Sequence record: OR513085.1
Strand: one strand, 5' to 3'
Length of the DNA: 64,000 bases
The notes beneath the pieces are model-generated. The model was not told the DNA's origin, did no database searches, and saw only the letters and a program-made list of their open reading frames with translations. The position numbers and the translations under genes are program-made. Position 1 is the first letter of the stretch, and every line of letters starts with the position of its first letter. Below are positions 18,801-27,343 of the stretch, in pieces.

Positions 18801-19495
18801 TTTTCATCGTTGACAAAATTATCAACAAAACTTTCCAAGGTGATGTTAACTACGAAGTTTACATGGAAAAGTCAGAAGTGGATTTTGTTTGTATGGAAAT
18901 TGCAGGAATGTACTTAAAACATCAGGCAGAATTTGCCCAGTCGTTACAATTCCGAATGAAAATTGAACAACTTGCATCAAGAATATTCAAAGCATTGGTA
19001 GTAAAATCTGAAAAGCATACATACAAGTTGGTTGAGTTACCTGCATTTGATGCACCTCATGCACTTCAACGTAACAAAACACTTTCAACAGTTATGGCTT
19101 TGTTTGGTGAATCTGCGTCATTGCTAGAAGCTGAAATTAGCAAAAATGCTTTAGGTAAGTCCTTGGCTGACTCGGTTAAAGGAATCATGGGAAGTTTGGA
19201 AGTAATGACTGGTGATGAAATTGAAGACAAAAACGTTATTATGAAGTCTAGCATGAACATTGGAACGTCCGGCTACAATAATGTTGTTGAGGAAATTGCA
19301 GAATCTTTACGAGAAATTGATGACTCTGACTATCGTTTTGCTAAAGCAATTAGGTTGCAAAACGAACGTATAGCAAATGAACAGGCTAAGCTTGATGTAG
19401 CAATGAACCAAGTACAATCGCAATCTGAATTAATTTCGCCTGACTTAACTGATGCACTTAACGCAGCTTTAGATGATTTGTTTGGTGAAGGATAG
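15848..19495 (+). CDS. Primase/polymerase - SF2 helicase fusion
   Basis: N-terminal QPIDID and STSGSGLH (AEP-like); Walker A APPGFGKT, DECH, MTGT, LSVGVDI, EQFNCRLR. Confidence 0.8.
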   Translation: MSLKDVKILLNAGFSANKLIGETNGDELFELIKSSAYGSDLPKERRPTISQSSTNHRPLNDTNEYLGWNGLQPIDIDIRNKTCASLVKKIFEKTLYKYHWCHSIALSTSGSGLHVYTYTEPISTFTAEASMAASMLREYYLDAYEYKLMVLWKALHLAYDVMLELGVDEEVAKCCHPIDHGHVDPAGKPLDVLDVTSSRISQPLIITADPSISKNENNFVFMDLMLPDVLTFYAGVDEKYRMNILKEQFDRIRNRYGVSLVNGKVVYADNHEFDNSFKDKIKFEEGEIKDLYNQANPMYYDNTKRYRMAYTLAYLFDVKEYNSDRYNQVEGIFLKLCSGNPKFQREKFQYSNVFKSAVDRNIRGNCPCIWSAVKELRDQHGFNIVIEVNEEEVREQIENANTTDLITEYILEPVKYNDFFRLNYTHEYHLKNNEYIGTYKDSLLGILKHGINMLDAPPGFGKTEFIKAASAEKRIMLVVPYTSILQSKIEPSDLGFECFYGDKPVNFAGANHVALTFDKFTKIDIDEVSMMFDIVAIDECHLLTMSSYRGVVPADVIDKANALKTVTIIMTGTHISEHLFMNLQTAIKFTRPASTRNKNMNFVMCMSNGDKLTKIAMHIANALKSGKKILFPTNKGTEYQERLTAATRAFYGSQIKSRYYKRENHLADFVDDINLKGTTTDVDLLFCSNYLSVGVDINDTTEFDVIYDEQFTAQEIEQFNCRLRKLDIESFYYFSKVDASGMPKNITLYEDLSLDLTQDEALSFNDIQQLHLQTDTSANLWDFFKYAFTMPYFIKDHVSGEVHVHNTCFRLHKFEEKWREWAIQLNVVATFLSYYGYTCDVVQNIAENEDAIQTAVAAAKEAAGEYRKKRNDLTAQFLKLAKADDKTFAFIMDVKFEDIVDSDTFDIVKRKGKPTLLIADSSIFTNWRRIMRLLSRYYIRETIFDIIEQYCFDGETYNISASNRLIDALRVIQNTEDENLVESNIFIVDKIINKTFQGDVNYEVYMEKSEVDFVCMEIAGMYLKHQAEFAQSLQFRMKIEQLASRIFKALVVKSEKHTYKLVELPAFDAPHALQRNKTLSTVMALFGESASLLEAEISKNALGKSLADSVKGIMGSLEVMTGDEIEDKNVIMKSSMNIGTSGYNNVVEEIAESLREIDDSDYRFAKAIRLQNERIANEQAKLDVAMNQVQSQSELISPDLTDALNAALDDLFGEG

Positions 19496-19567
19496 ATAAA
19501 TTATCTAGGAACTGTACATTCTGTAGATATTTTTTGCAAAACACAAATTTAAACACTAATTATTTCC

Positions 19568-20080
19568 ATGCTATTACAAGAAAACATTTTGCTTAATGAA
19601 TTCGCTACTGAGTGGATTGTTTGCAAAGTGTTGGAGTCTGCAGAACGTTACCAAATGAATTATGCGCTAACGTCAAACATCCTAACGCTACTTAGTGCAG
19701 AGGCTGTCTTAGAATCCAACAAAACAAACAATGCACTATTGCCTGCAAATTCTATTGAGCTAAAACAAGCATTCAAACGGTGCACTACAGTCAAAGTATT
19801 TAATGACTCAGTTTATCCTGCAATAATGTACACCTCACATAACAACCTGGATTATGCTAAGCTAGTTATGCATTACGTACAATACAAATGCAAACAATTA
19901 GATTGCAGAGTACTTAGCATGGACATACTAATGACTCAAATTTTATCATACAAAACCTGGCATCTTGGTATGTTAAAACAAATTTGGGAATCTCAAAAAA
20001 TTGACAACATTAATGTGCATTCAGAGAATTTAGTAGACTATATGTCTGCTGCAGGCTCATTGCAATTTGATACTCCGTAA
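19568..20080 (+). CDS. Hypothetical protein
   Basis: 170-aa ORF. Confidence 0.55.
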   Translation: MLLQENILLNEFATEWIVCKVLESAERYQMNYALTSNILTLLSAEAVLESNKTNNALLPANSIELKQAFKRCTTVKVFNDSVYPAIMYTSHNNLDYAKLVMHYVQYKCKQLDCRVLSMDILMTQILSYKTWHLGMLKQIWESQKIDNINVHSENLVDYMSAAGSLQFDTP

Positions 20081-20103
20081 AAACAAAATAAACAACATAC
20101 AAT

Positions 20104-20622
20104 ATGAAGAATTTTTTCATTAATGAAAGCGCTAAACATTTTAAACTACTTACTAACGATACTATAAGTATAAATGGTCGTACGCTATATAGAATTGAGT
20201 CTATTATTAATTTTGACCATGCTAAAGCTGGTGAATTGGGCGGTTATGTTGAGAACGTAGCCAACATAGCATCTGCAAATTCATGGGTTGCGGATAACGC
20301 TAAAGTGTATGGCAGTGTAAAAATTTCAGGCTTAGCATTAGTAAAAGGAAATGCTAAAGTGTACGGAAACGCTGAAATTTCAGGTAGGTCTGTAATATCC
20401 GGCAATGCTAATGTGTATGACAATGCTAAAGTATCACAAAATGCTAAAGTGTATGGCAATGCTAAAGTGTATGGCAATGCTAAAGTATCAGATAATGGTC
20501 AAGTATATGCTACATCTCAACTATATGGTAATGCTAAAGTATCACAAAATGCAGAACTTGCAGGAAATTCATGGGTTGCTGGCGATACTATAGTAAGCGG
20601 CAAAGAAAAACGCATAAAATAA
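20104..20622 (+). CDS. Hexapeptide-repeat (left-handed beta-helix) protein
   Basis: GRTLYRI..GELGGYVE followed by (GNAKVY)n repeats. Confidence 0.8.
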   Translation: MKNFFINESAKHFKLLTNDTISINGRTLYRIESIINFDHAKAGELGGYVENVANIASANSWVADNAKVYGSVKISGLALVKGNAKVYGNAEISGRSVISGNANVYDNAKVSQNAKVYGNAKVYGNAKVSDNGQVYATSQLYGNAKVSQNAELAGNSWVAGDTIVSGKEKRIK

Positions 20623-20631
20623 ATTTGGTTA

Positions 20632-21540
20632 ATGAAGAACTTTTTCTCGCAAAACAACATAAAAATTCTAGTAGCCGGTGACATTATGCTACATGAGTCT
20701 CAACTAAAGTACTTTGAAACGTTACGAAAGGCCTGCAATGATAATGTTGACGTTATGACTGCCGATTTGTTTAGTAAAGACTTACGTTTATTACTAGCGT
20801 CGTCTAATGCAGTTTTAGGCAATTTAGAAACTGTTACTAATGACGTACTAGCATATCAAGGCTACCCAAAGTTTAACGCTCCAACGCTAATGCTACAGAT
20901 TGTCAAACGTTTAGGCTTCACTGACTTGGTAGTTTCAAACAATCATTCAAAAGATCATGACTACGAAACTTGGCTAGAAACAGTTGAGTCGCTTAAAGCG
21001 CTAGGCGTACGTACGCACGGGGATGTCGAGGAAGCTAAGTCGCTTAAAAACTTACAGACAGTTAAAGTAATTGCAGGGTCTGACAGATTCAACAAACAAT
21101 TTGATGGTATAGATGATGGCTACTTAGCAAACAAATACTATAAGCCACTCAACAAACAACAATTTGTAACGTTAAACCAAGCATTCTCTGGCTATCCTAG
21201 GTTACTATACTTTCATGCAGGTAAGGAATACTACGAAGGAATTTCCGAAGATCAAGCAGATATTCTTAAAGCTATTGGTAATGACCCAAAAATACTAGCA
21301 ACATTTCTAACACATTCGCATGTACTTGGAGAAGCATACAAACGTAACAAATTTGATACCAAGCTTGAGAATGGTCTAGGTAACTTCACATCTATGCAAG
21401 AAAAGTTGGAACGTCAAATTGGCGGAATTGTTGAGTATTCATACAATCCAAAAACTAATGAATTTACTTTCATTAAACGACATATTGTAGAAACCGTACT
21501 TAACAACGATGGTTCCTGGCAAACTAAACTTATAACTTAA
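20632..21540 (+). CDS. CapA/PGA_cap-family metallophosphatase
   Basis: AGDIMLH, GNLET, NNHSKD, FHAGKEY, HSHV, GLGNF. Confidence 0.8.
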   Translation: MKNFFSQNNIKILVAGDIMLHESQLKYFETLRKACNDNVDVMTADLFSKDLRLLLASSNAVLGNLETVTNDVLAYQGYPKFNAPTLMLQIVKRLGFTDLVVSNNHSKDHDYETWLETVESLKALGVRTHGDVEEAKSLKNLQTVKVIAGSDRFNKQFDGIDDGYLANKYYKPLNKQQFVTLNQAFSGYPRLLYFHAGKEYYEGISEDQADILKAIGNDPKILATFLTHSHVLGEAYKRNKFDTKLENGLGNFTSMQEKLERQIGGIVEYSYNPKTNEFTFIKRHIVETVLNNDGSWQTKLIT

Positions 21541-21620
21541 CAAAAATGGCAAAACTTTTATGAAAGTTTTGCCATTTTTGTTTTCATATGTCAAATATTT
21601 TTTATATATTTGTATTATAA
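21541..21620 (+). promoter_or_regulatory. Hairpin + promoter cassette, TATATTTG class
   Basis: aaaaatggcaaaacttt..aaagttttgccattttt; ttttcatatgtc-N12-tatatttg (21605-21612). Confidence 0.75.
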
Positions 21621-21646
21621 AAATGGTAATAAACAAAATATCATAC

Positions 21647-22762
21647 ATGGAAAAATTATCAATAAACGACATTAAACGACTTAATCAGTCAGGTGCTATA
21701 ACTGACAAAACAAAATTTGTTAATATTCAAGGAACTAAAGCACATGTGATAATGCTAGTATGCGTAGACACTGTATACGGTCATGACATTCATAAACTGA
21801 AAGAATGGCAAGTTAGTTCGGATGGCACTGAATCTATGATGCGTGATCTTTTTGACCCAACTACAGCATATAGCGGCAATTCACCAGATGACGTTAAATG
21901 TTTTGAACAAGTACCAGCTAACTGGGAAATGCCAAGAACTTATACTATAGCCGACATACATTCATTGTTTATACATGGTCAACTTAATGAATCTGTATAC
22001 TTTGAAACACCTAAGCCTAGAGGAGGTAGGCTAGTAGTATTTGTAGAATCCGTAGACATAGGAATGCAAAATGCAGGTTACGAATTACGTTACGAACTTA
22101 CAGATTTTAGAGGCCAATTGATTCATGGCAGCACATCACCTGCTAACGTAAATGATCCTGCCCTAAAAGATTTAGTTTTCAAAAAACAAGGTGAACTTAA
22201 TAAAGTTAACGACCTTACTGCAGTAGCAACTGAGTATACAAAACATTTTCAACATCATCTAAAGCCAATGACACATAACGTTCGTAGAGTTGATAGCAAA
22301 ATTAATGCTTTCGTAAACATAGCTCAGCAAATTGCCAGTTTATCAACGTCATCTAGACTTAAAGTAGGATGCATTGTTTTCAAAAAGGACTTCTCAAAAA
22401 TTGCGGCTATTGGCTACAACGGGTCATATCCTAATGCACCAATTTACGAAGAAACTGGTACTGAGGAGGAATCTTTGGAACCTGGAATGTCAGGATTTGT
22501 GCATGCTGAGATTAATGCGGTAACTAAATTCAATGGGCATTCTCCTGAAAAATACATTGTTCTGGTTACACATAGTCCATGCGCACACTGTACAAAAGTA
22601 TTAGTTAATGCAGGATTCCGTGATATCTTTTGGATTGATGAATACCGTGCATGCGATCACTTGGCCGACATTTTCAGTAGAGTTGGAGTTAACCACGGTA
22701 ACGTTGAGGCTTTGAAAGCTTTATATGCTCCTGAGGACCCGCTAAAATTAGTACAATGCTAA
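21647..22762 (+). CDS. dCMP deaminase with long N-terminal extension
   Basis: C-terminal KVGCI, GYNG, HAEINA, SPCAHC; likely start 21647 downstream of the promoter. Confidence 0.85.
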   Translation: MEKLSINDIKRLNQSGAITDKTKFVNIQGTKAHVIMLVCVDTVYGHDIHKLKEWQVSSDGTESMMRDLFDPTTAYSGNSPDDVKCFEQVPANWEMPRTYTIADIHSLFIHGQLNESVYFETPKPRGGRLVVFVESVDIGMQNAGYELRYELTDFRGQLIHGSTSPANVNDPALKDLVFKKQGELNKVNDLTAVATEYTKHFQHHLKPMTHNVRRVDSKINAFVNIAQQIASLSTSSRLKVGCIVFKKDFSKIAAIGYNGSYPNAPIYEETGTEEESLEPGMSGFVHAEINAVTKFNGHSPEKYIVLVTHSPCAHCTKVLVNAGFRDIFWIDEYRACDHLADIFSRVGVNHGNVEALKALYAPEDPLKLVQC

Positions 22763-23151
22763 GTAAAAGGGAACGTACACAAAAACTAGGAGTCTGCGTT
22801 GAGGAGACTCCTTACTACCAGGCCCTTTGGGAATTTTGGCAAAGCATAGAAAAGCTGGCTGCAGGTGATCGTGAACTAGGACCTACAGAAGGTTTAGCAT
22901 TAGCGCCTACTGAAATTTTCTCAAATGACGACATTAGCATTAGCTACTACATAGCATTAAACAAACATAGCATTTATCCAGTTAAGCTTAGATTCATAAC
23001 TTACAAAGGAGGTCCTGACGTTACGTTCTGTGAGCCTATAGTTGTTAGCAAAAAGCTACAACCTACATTGTTTGTTAAGCTAATGGTAGGTACTACACAC
23101 AGACTAATTTACAAATATACAAAACTATATTCAGATGAAAAAAGTAATTGA
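22756..23151 (+). CDS. Hypothetical protein
   Basis: 131-aa coupled ORF. Confidence 0.55.
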   Translation: MLSKRERTQKLGVCVEETPYYQALWEFWQSIEKLAAGDRELGPTEGLALAPTEIFSNDDISISYYIALNKHSIYPVKLRFITYKGGPDVTFCEPIVVSKKLQPTLFVKLMVGTTHRLIYKYTKLYSDEKSN

Positions 23152-23341
23152 CATTGGCTTCGTACGTTGTGAAAACTACGTACCTAAGCAGTATACTTAC
23201 GTTAAGTTTAACGATGGTAAGCTTATGTGGTACCAAGGGTGGCATGACTTAAACAGTATTCATTTAGCAAAACTAGTAACTGCAAGTAAAGTCACTGAAT
23301 CACTAACAAAACTATACTACGAAAACGAATCAAAATTTTAG
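23135..23341 (+). CDS. Hypothetical protein
   Basis: 68-aa coupled ORF. Confidence 0.5.
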   Translation: MKKVIDIGFVRCENYVPKQYTYVKFNDGKLMWYQGWHDLNSIHLAKLVTASKVTESLTKLYYENESKF

Positions 23342-23346
23342 AAACT

Positions 23347-23739
23347 ATGCCAAACGTCAACATACACATACACAAAGGCCAAACTTGCCCAATGAAATTT
23401 GAGCCGCTAGAATACTGGGCTGCACAAGGAATTGAACTTGATAAAGTATACGAAGGCTATAGAATTGACACAGACTCTGGCAAAATTCCAACCATCAAAA
23501 AAGTTTGGACAAAGCTACACTGCGGAACTATGCACAATCCAGGATGCATAAATCATCACCTAGTCTGGGCATGGCACGGTGACTACAAACCAGACTTTTC
23601 TTGCAATCATGGTGCCTGGATTACGTTAAGCGAAGATGAAGCTAAGGAAAAGCTTATAGAAATTCTTAACCTTGCTTTGCTTGAAATTGACGTCAGAGTT
23701 AACGAAATTAACCAAATTCTGCCAACCTTGTATAAATAA
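23347..23739 (+). CDS. Hypothetical protein
   Basis: 130 aa, Cys/His-containing. Confidence 0.55.
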   Translation: MPNVNIHIHKGQTCPMKFEPLEYWAAQGIELDKVYEGYRIDTDSGKIPTIKKVWTKLHCGTMHNPGCINHHLVWAWHGDYKPDFSCNHGAWITLSEDEAKEKLIEILNLALLEIDVRVNEINQILPTLYK

Positions 23740-23806
23740 ATAACCGGCAAATTGCCAATATCTATGTATACTAACAACATAATATTTTAAATACACAACA
23801 AACAAT

Positions 23807-24751
23807 ATGACATTAGCAAAAAGCGCAATTTGGACAGAACGTTACAGACCTAATGATGTCGAGTCTATGGTATTGCCTGAACGTGTTAAAAAACTTTTCA
23901 GGAAGCCTACGATAACTCAACATTATTTGTTCACTGGTCAACAAGGTACAGGTAAGTCTACATTAGCAAAAATTCTTCAAGCTAGAGGAAATGCACTTTG
24001 GTTAAATGCATCAATGGATAATAACGTTGATACTGTCAGAGGTAGCATAGACAATTATTGTTCTTTGCAATCTTTGGATGACGATGGAATGAAAACTGTT
24101 TTCCTGGATGAGTCTGACTTACTTACAAAACCTGCACAAGGTATTCTACGTGGTACAATTGAAACTTACGTAGATCATGCTAGGTTTATTTTTACATGTA
24201 ACTATCCGGAACGTTTAATTGACCCAATTAAGTCTAGGCTAGAAGTTATTAACTTTGAGTTTACTGCACCTGACGAAATCAAGGAAATTACTACACAGGC
24301 ATTAACGTTACTTTACAATATTGCTACTGAAAATGGAATGACTTTGACTAGAGACGCATACATGGAAATTTTCAGAAGATGTTATCCGGACATCAGATCA
24401 ATGGTGAAAACTTTACAAGGTCTTCATGATTCTGGCATTATGAATGTAGGCATTGCTGATCTTAACAAAGCAGTAGCTTTGAAAAATGAAGAGTTTTTCA
24501 AATTCATTTGTTCAAAACCTCAGATTCCAGTACTTTACACAATGGTATCTACTTTCAAAGGACGTGAAAATGCAATAATCAAGGACATTTCAATGAATTT
24601 CCTGCCTTACATTAGCAATGACTCTAAATACTTACCAAAGCTTGGCGACTTGGCTATCAGGATTCATAAGTATGGCTACGAATCATCGGGCTCATTAGAT
24701 AGCTTTGTAACGCTAATGGCGTTATGTACGGAAATTGTAGCTCTAATGTAG
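23807..24751 (+). CDS. gp44: Sliding-clamp loader large subunit (RFC/T4 gp44-like AAA+)
   Basis: WTERYRP, GQQGTGKS, FLDESD, FIFTCNY, SR. Confidence 0.92.
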   Translation: MTLAKSAIWTERYRPNDVESMVLPERVKKLFRKPTITQHYLFTGQQGTGKSTLAKILQARGNALWLNASMDNNVDTVRGSIDNYCSLQSLDDDGMKTVFLDESDLLTKPAQGILRGTIETYVDHARFIFTCNYPERLIDPIKSRLEVINFEFTAPDEIKEITTQALTLLYNIATENGMTLTRDAYMEIFRRCYPDIRSMVKTLQGLHDSGIMNVGIADLNKAVALKNEEFFKFICSKPQIPVLYTMVSTFKGRENAIIKDISMNFLPYISNDSKYLPKLGDLAIRIHKYGYESSGSLDSFVTLMALCTEIVALM

Positions 24752-24792
24752 GCATATAGCCAATAATAACTTTTTAAAAAATCACAAACCTC

Positions 24793-26202
24793 ATGACAAA
24801 TACAAACGACGAATACTTAGTAAAAATGGAACTTAGCCAGATTATTCACGAACAACTTGGACAATATGATCTTAAATCGCAAGACTATGGGCCGTCTTGG
24901 AGAGCATTCAGACCTCTAAGCTTAGTTGACCAAATGTACAACAAAACTAAACGTTTACGTACACTACAACAACCAGGTTACGTAGCTAAAGTTGACGAAT
25001 CGCAACAAGATTGCTTCCAGGCACTTTACAATTATGCAATTTTTGCTATGATTAATCAAAAGCTAGAAGTTGTAGATGACGTAACTAACGAAGACAAGGG
25101 CAAATTGTTGCAAGAATATATCAATTCGCAAACAATTACTCAGCAAATTATGGAATCTAAAAATGCCGACTATGGCGCGGCTTGGCTTGATCTTTCAGTG
25201 CCTACGATAACTGACTTAATTCATGTTAAGTTGCTAAGAGCTAAGCAAATTTTGGCTAATGATGGTAACGTAGTAGCATCCGAAGGCCTAATGGGTACTT
25301 ACGTTGATATCGTAAATTATTCGACATTTGCATTGTATCACATTAACATGGCAGAATATGCTAAATTTACTTTAAGCGAAGCAAATATTAGCAATCTACC
25401 AAACAGAACAATTTTCGCAGGTCCTGAATTGTCTATGGCTAATAAATGGCAGCATGCATACAATTGGAATAGTAGCGCAGAACCATACGTTCCAACAATT
25501 CCAATTAATAACTTTGCTTTCAGACAGCATAACGACAAACTAGTAAATCGTCCAGATTTTGTAATAACTTCGGCCGACTTAAGTATGCAACTTAACGAAA
25601 CTGAACTATCACAAATTGCCGAAGAATGCCAAAATTTTGGTCTTAACATTGACAAACTTAGCAATACTGAGCAAGTAACTAAAAACTTGCAGGAATGGTA
25701 TTGTATGGCAAGAGGCAAATCAGTTTCGCCTGAGGAATTTATATTGTCAGGACCTAAATTAACTTCTGCAGACTTCCAAGTATCTGACAAAGATCAACTA
25801 GCTATGCAGGCTGGCTTACTTAAGGAAATTAAAGGACAAGTTTCAAATTCGGCCGAAGTATTTTCGGTATTGGACAACGAAGACCGTCAGCATAATAACA
25901 TGATTTATTGGTCGAACCATTTAGTTGCTAGTAGAGGATTTATTGCTCTTGCAGGTACTGATGCTAATGGTAACAAAACATTTAGTAAAGAAGTTACTAC
26001 GTACATTCCTGGCTCTGAAAAACAAATAAACATTTCTAGCAGAATTAAGTTTGTTTTCAATCCTAAGCTAATGGATGGTGGCACACTTACTATTATAGTT
26101 TCAAAACATGGCGGCCAGCATTCTACGCACAGCTTTGAAGGAATTAAGCGAGTTAAAGACTTCGACAAACATATATCTGACATTTTTGAATTTAACAAAT
26201 AA
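24793..26202 (+). CDS. Tandem DUF1599 (nucleotide-modification-associated domain 1) protein with C-terminal extension
   Basis: DYGPSWR..SLVDQM..K.KRLR and KNADYGAAW..TDLIHVKLLRAKQI..EG..DIVNY. Confidence 0.75.
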   Translation: MTNTNDEYLVKMELSQIIHEQLGQYDLKSQDYGPSWRAFRPLSLVDQMYNKTKRLRTLQQPGYVAKVDESQQDCFQALYNYAIFAMINQKLEVVDDVTNEDKGKLLQEYINSQTITQQIMESKNADYGAAWLDLSVPTITDLIHVKLLRAKQILANDGNVVASEGLMGTYVDIVNYSTFALYHINMAEYAKFTLSEANISNLPNRTIFAGPELSMANKWQHAYNWNSSAEPYVPTIPINNFAFRQHNDKLVNRPDFVITSADLSMQLNETELSQIAEECQNFGLNIDKLSNTEQVTKNLQEWYCMARGKSVSPEEFILSGPKLTSADFQVSDKDQLAMQAGLLKEIKGQVSNSAEVFSVLDNEDRQHNNMIYWSNHLVASRGFIALAGTDANGNKTFSKEVTTYIPGSEKQINISSRIKFVFNPKLMDGGTLTIIVSKHGGQHSTHSFEGIKRVKDFDKHISDIFEFNK

Positions 26203-26213
26203 TTTTTACACAA

Positions 26214-26290
26214 AAGGCAACTATTTTTAAAAATAGTTGCCTTTTTATTTTTATATGTCGTAAAATTTTCTTATATTTGTATTAATAAAA
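26214..26290 (+). promoter_or_regulatory. Hairpin + promoter cassette, TATATTTG class
   Basis: aaaggcaactatttt-taaaaatagttgccttt; atgtc-N12-tatatttg (26272-26279). Confidence 0.75.
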
Positions 26291-26301
26291 ATAGCAAAAT
26301 C

Positions 26302-26634
26302 ATGATAGACAAAACTACAAAAACCTACAAGCTTAAACGAACATTAGAAATTGCATTTTGCTTAGCTGCAGTATTTTGCGGTGTAGGTTTAATATTCTTT
26401 GCATACTTACAAATTGACAATATTGGCAAAGATCGTTATAAACGTTATAGCGCTAAGACGTTAGAACGTACATATGTTGTTACGTACAACAATCGTGATG
26501 TTGATACGCTTAAAGTAGTTAGCTATGACGTAATACTAGATAAAGGTGACTTTATTGGACGTACTGTTACTACTAACACTACCTACGCTTCTAACGTTAG
26601 AACGTACAAACTTATAACTACAAACAACAAATAG
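26302..26634 (+). CDS. Hypothetical membrane protein
   Basis: N-terminal TM helix. Confidence 0.55.
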   Translation: MIDKTTKTYKLKRTLEIAFCLAAVFCGVGLIFFAYLQIDNIGKDRYKRYSAKTLERTYVVTYNNRDVDTLKVVSYDVILDKGDFIGRTVTTNTTYASNVRTYKLITTNNK

Positions 26635-26637
26635 CCT

Positions 26638-26928
26638 ATGAAACGTTTAGCAATATTAGCAATAGCGATGGTTACGTTGGCATCTTGCGAGTACAGACTT
26701 CAGCCACCAGAACCTGAATATGACTTTACTTTGTTAGTCAAAAATTATGACAATACAAAGGACACTATAAAATGCAGAGGGCGTTACGTTATACTAGGCA
26801 ATCAGTCATTAACTGCCGTAGGTGAAAATGGTTATGTTGAAATTGGCTTCGGCATAAAGAACTTTAGCATACTGGAACGTAACGAAGTACAAACAAAACA
26901 AAAAATAAACAACAATGAGAAGCAATAA
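26638..26928 (+). CDS. Putative lipoprotein
   Basis: MKRLAILAIAMVTLASC lipobox. Confidence 0.65.
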   Translation: MKRLAILAIAMVTLASCEYRLQPPEPEYDFTLLVKNYDNTKDTIKCRGRYVILGNQSLTAVGENGYVEIGFGIKNFSILERNEVQTKQKINNNEKQ

Positions 26929-27337
26929 AACACACCCACTTAGACAAGTAAAAACGGAAAACCGAGTAGTAACTTATGCACAAGATGGCGAAACTATCAT
27001 AAAACCTAGTAAATGGAATGAAGGACTTCATGGAGTAATTGTGCAAGGTAATGTTTATGCGGTTACTGACGACGGTTCAAAGGGCGGACTTATTGGTGAT
27101 AACTTTACTACCGATGAGGCAGAAGTTGCGACAGGCCAAGTAGCTATGACTATGGACGATATGCTAAATGCAATTCAGCCTAATGCAGCTTCTTTGGCCA
27201 AAGCTTTGTATATTAGACTAACTAGAGATTTAAAAATTCAGCCAGGTTCTGGTTACGAATCCTCATTGGAGGATTCGTTTAAAATCCTAGCCAAAATGGA
27301 TAACAATATCAAAGTAAATTATTCAGCAGACTTATAG
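26915..27337 (+). CDS. Hypothetical protein
   Basis: 140-aa ORF. Confidence 0.55.
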   Translation: MRSNKTHPLRQVKTENRVVTYAQDGETIIKPSKWNEGLHGVIVQGNVYAVTDDGSKGGLIGDNFTTDEAEVATGQVAMTMDDMLNAIQPNAASLAKALYIRLTRDLKIQPGSGYESSLEDSFKILAKMDNNIKVNYSADL

Positions 27338-27343
27338 AACAAC

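Noticed and set aside
19495-19568. TAG readthrough from the primase-helicase into ORF 19568 (same frame)
   Set aside because: An in-frame TAA occurs in the gap
21560-21646. N-terminal extensions given by the ORF track (21560, 44049, 60648, 8110, 31239, 61150)
   Set aside because: These run through promoter cassettes or upstream genes; downstream ATGs have the A-rich Bacteroidota leader
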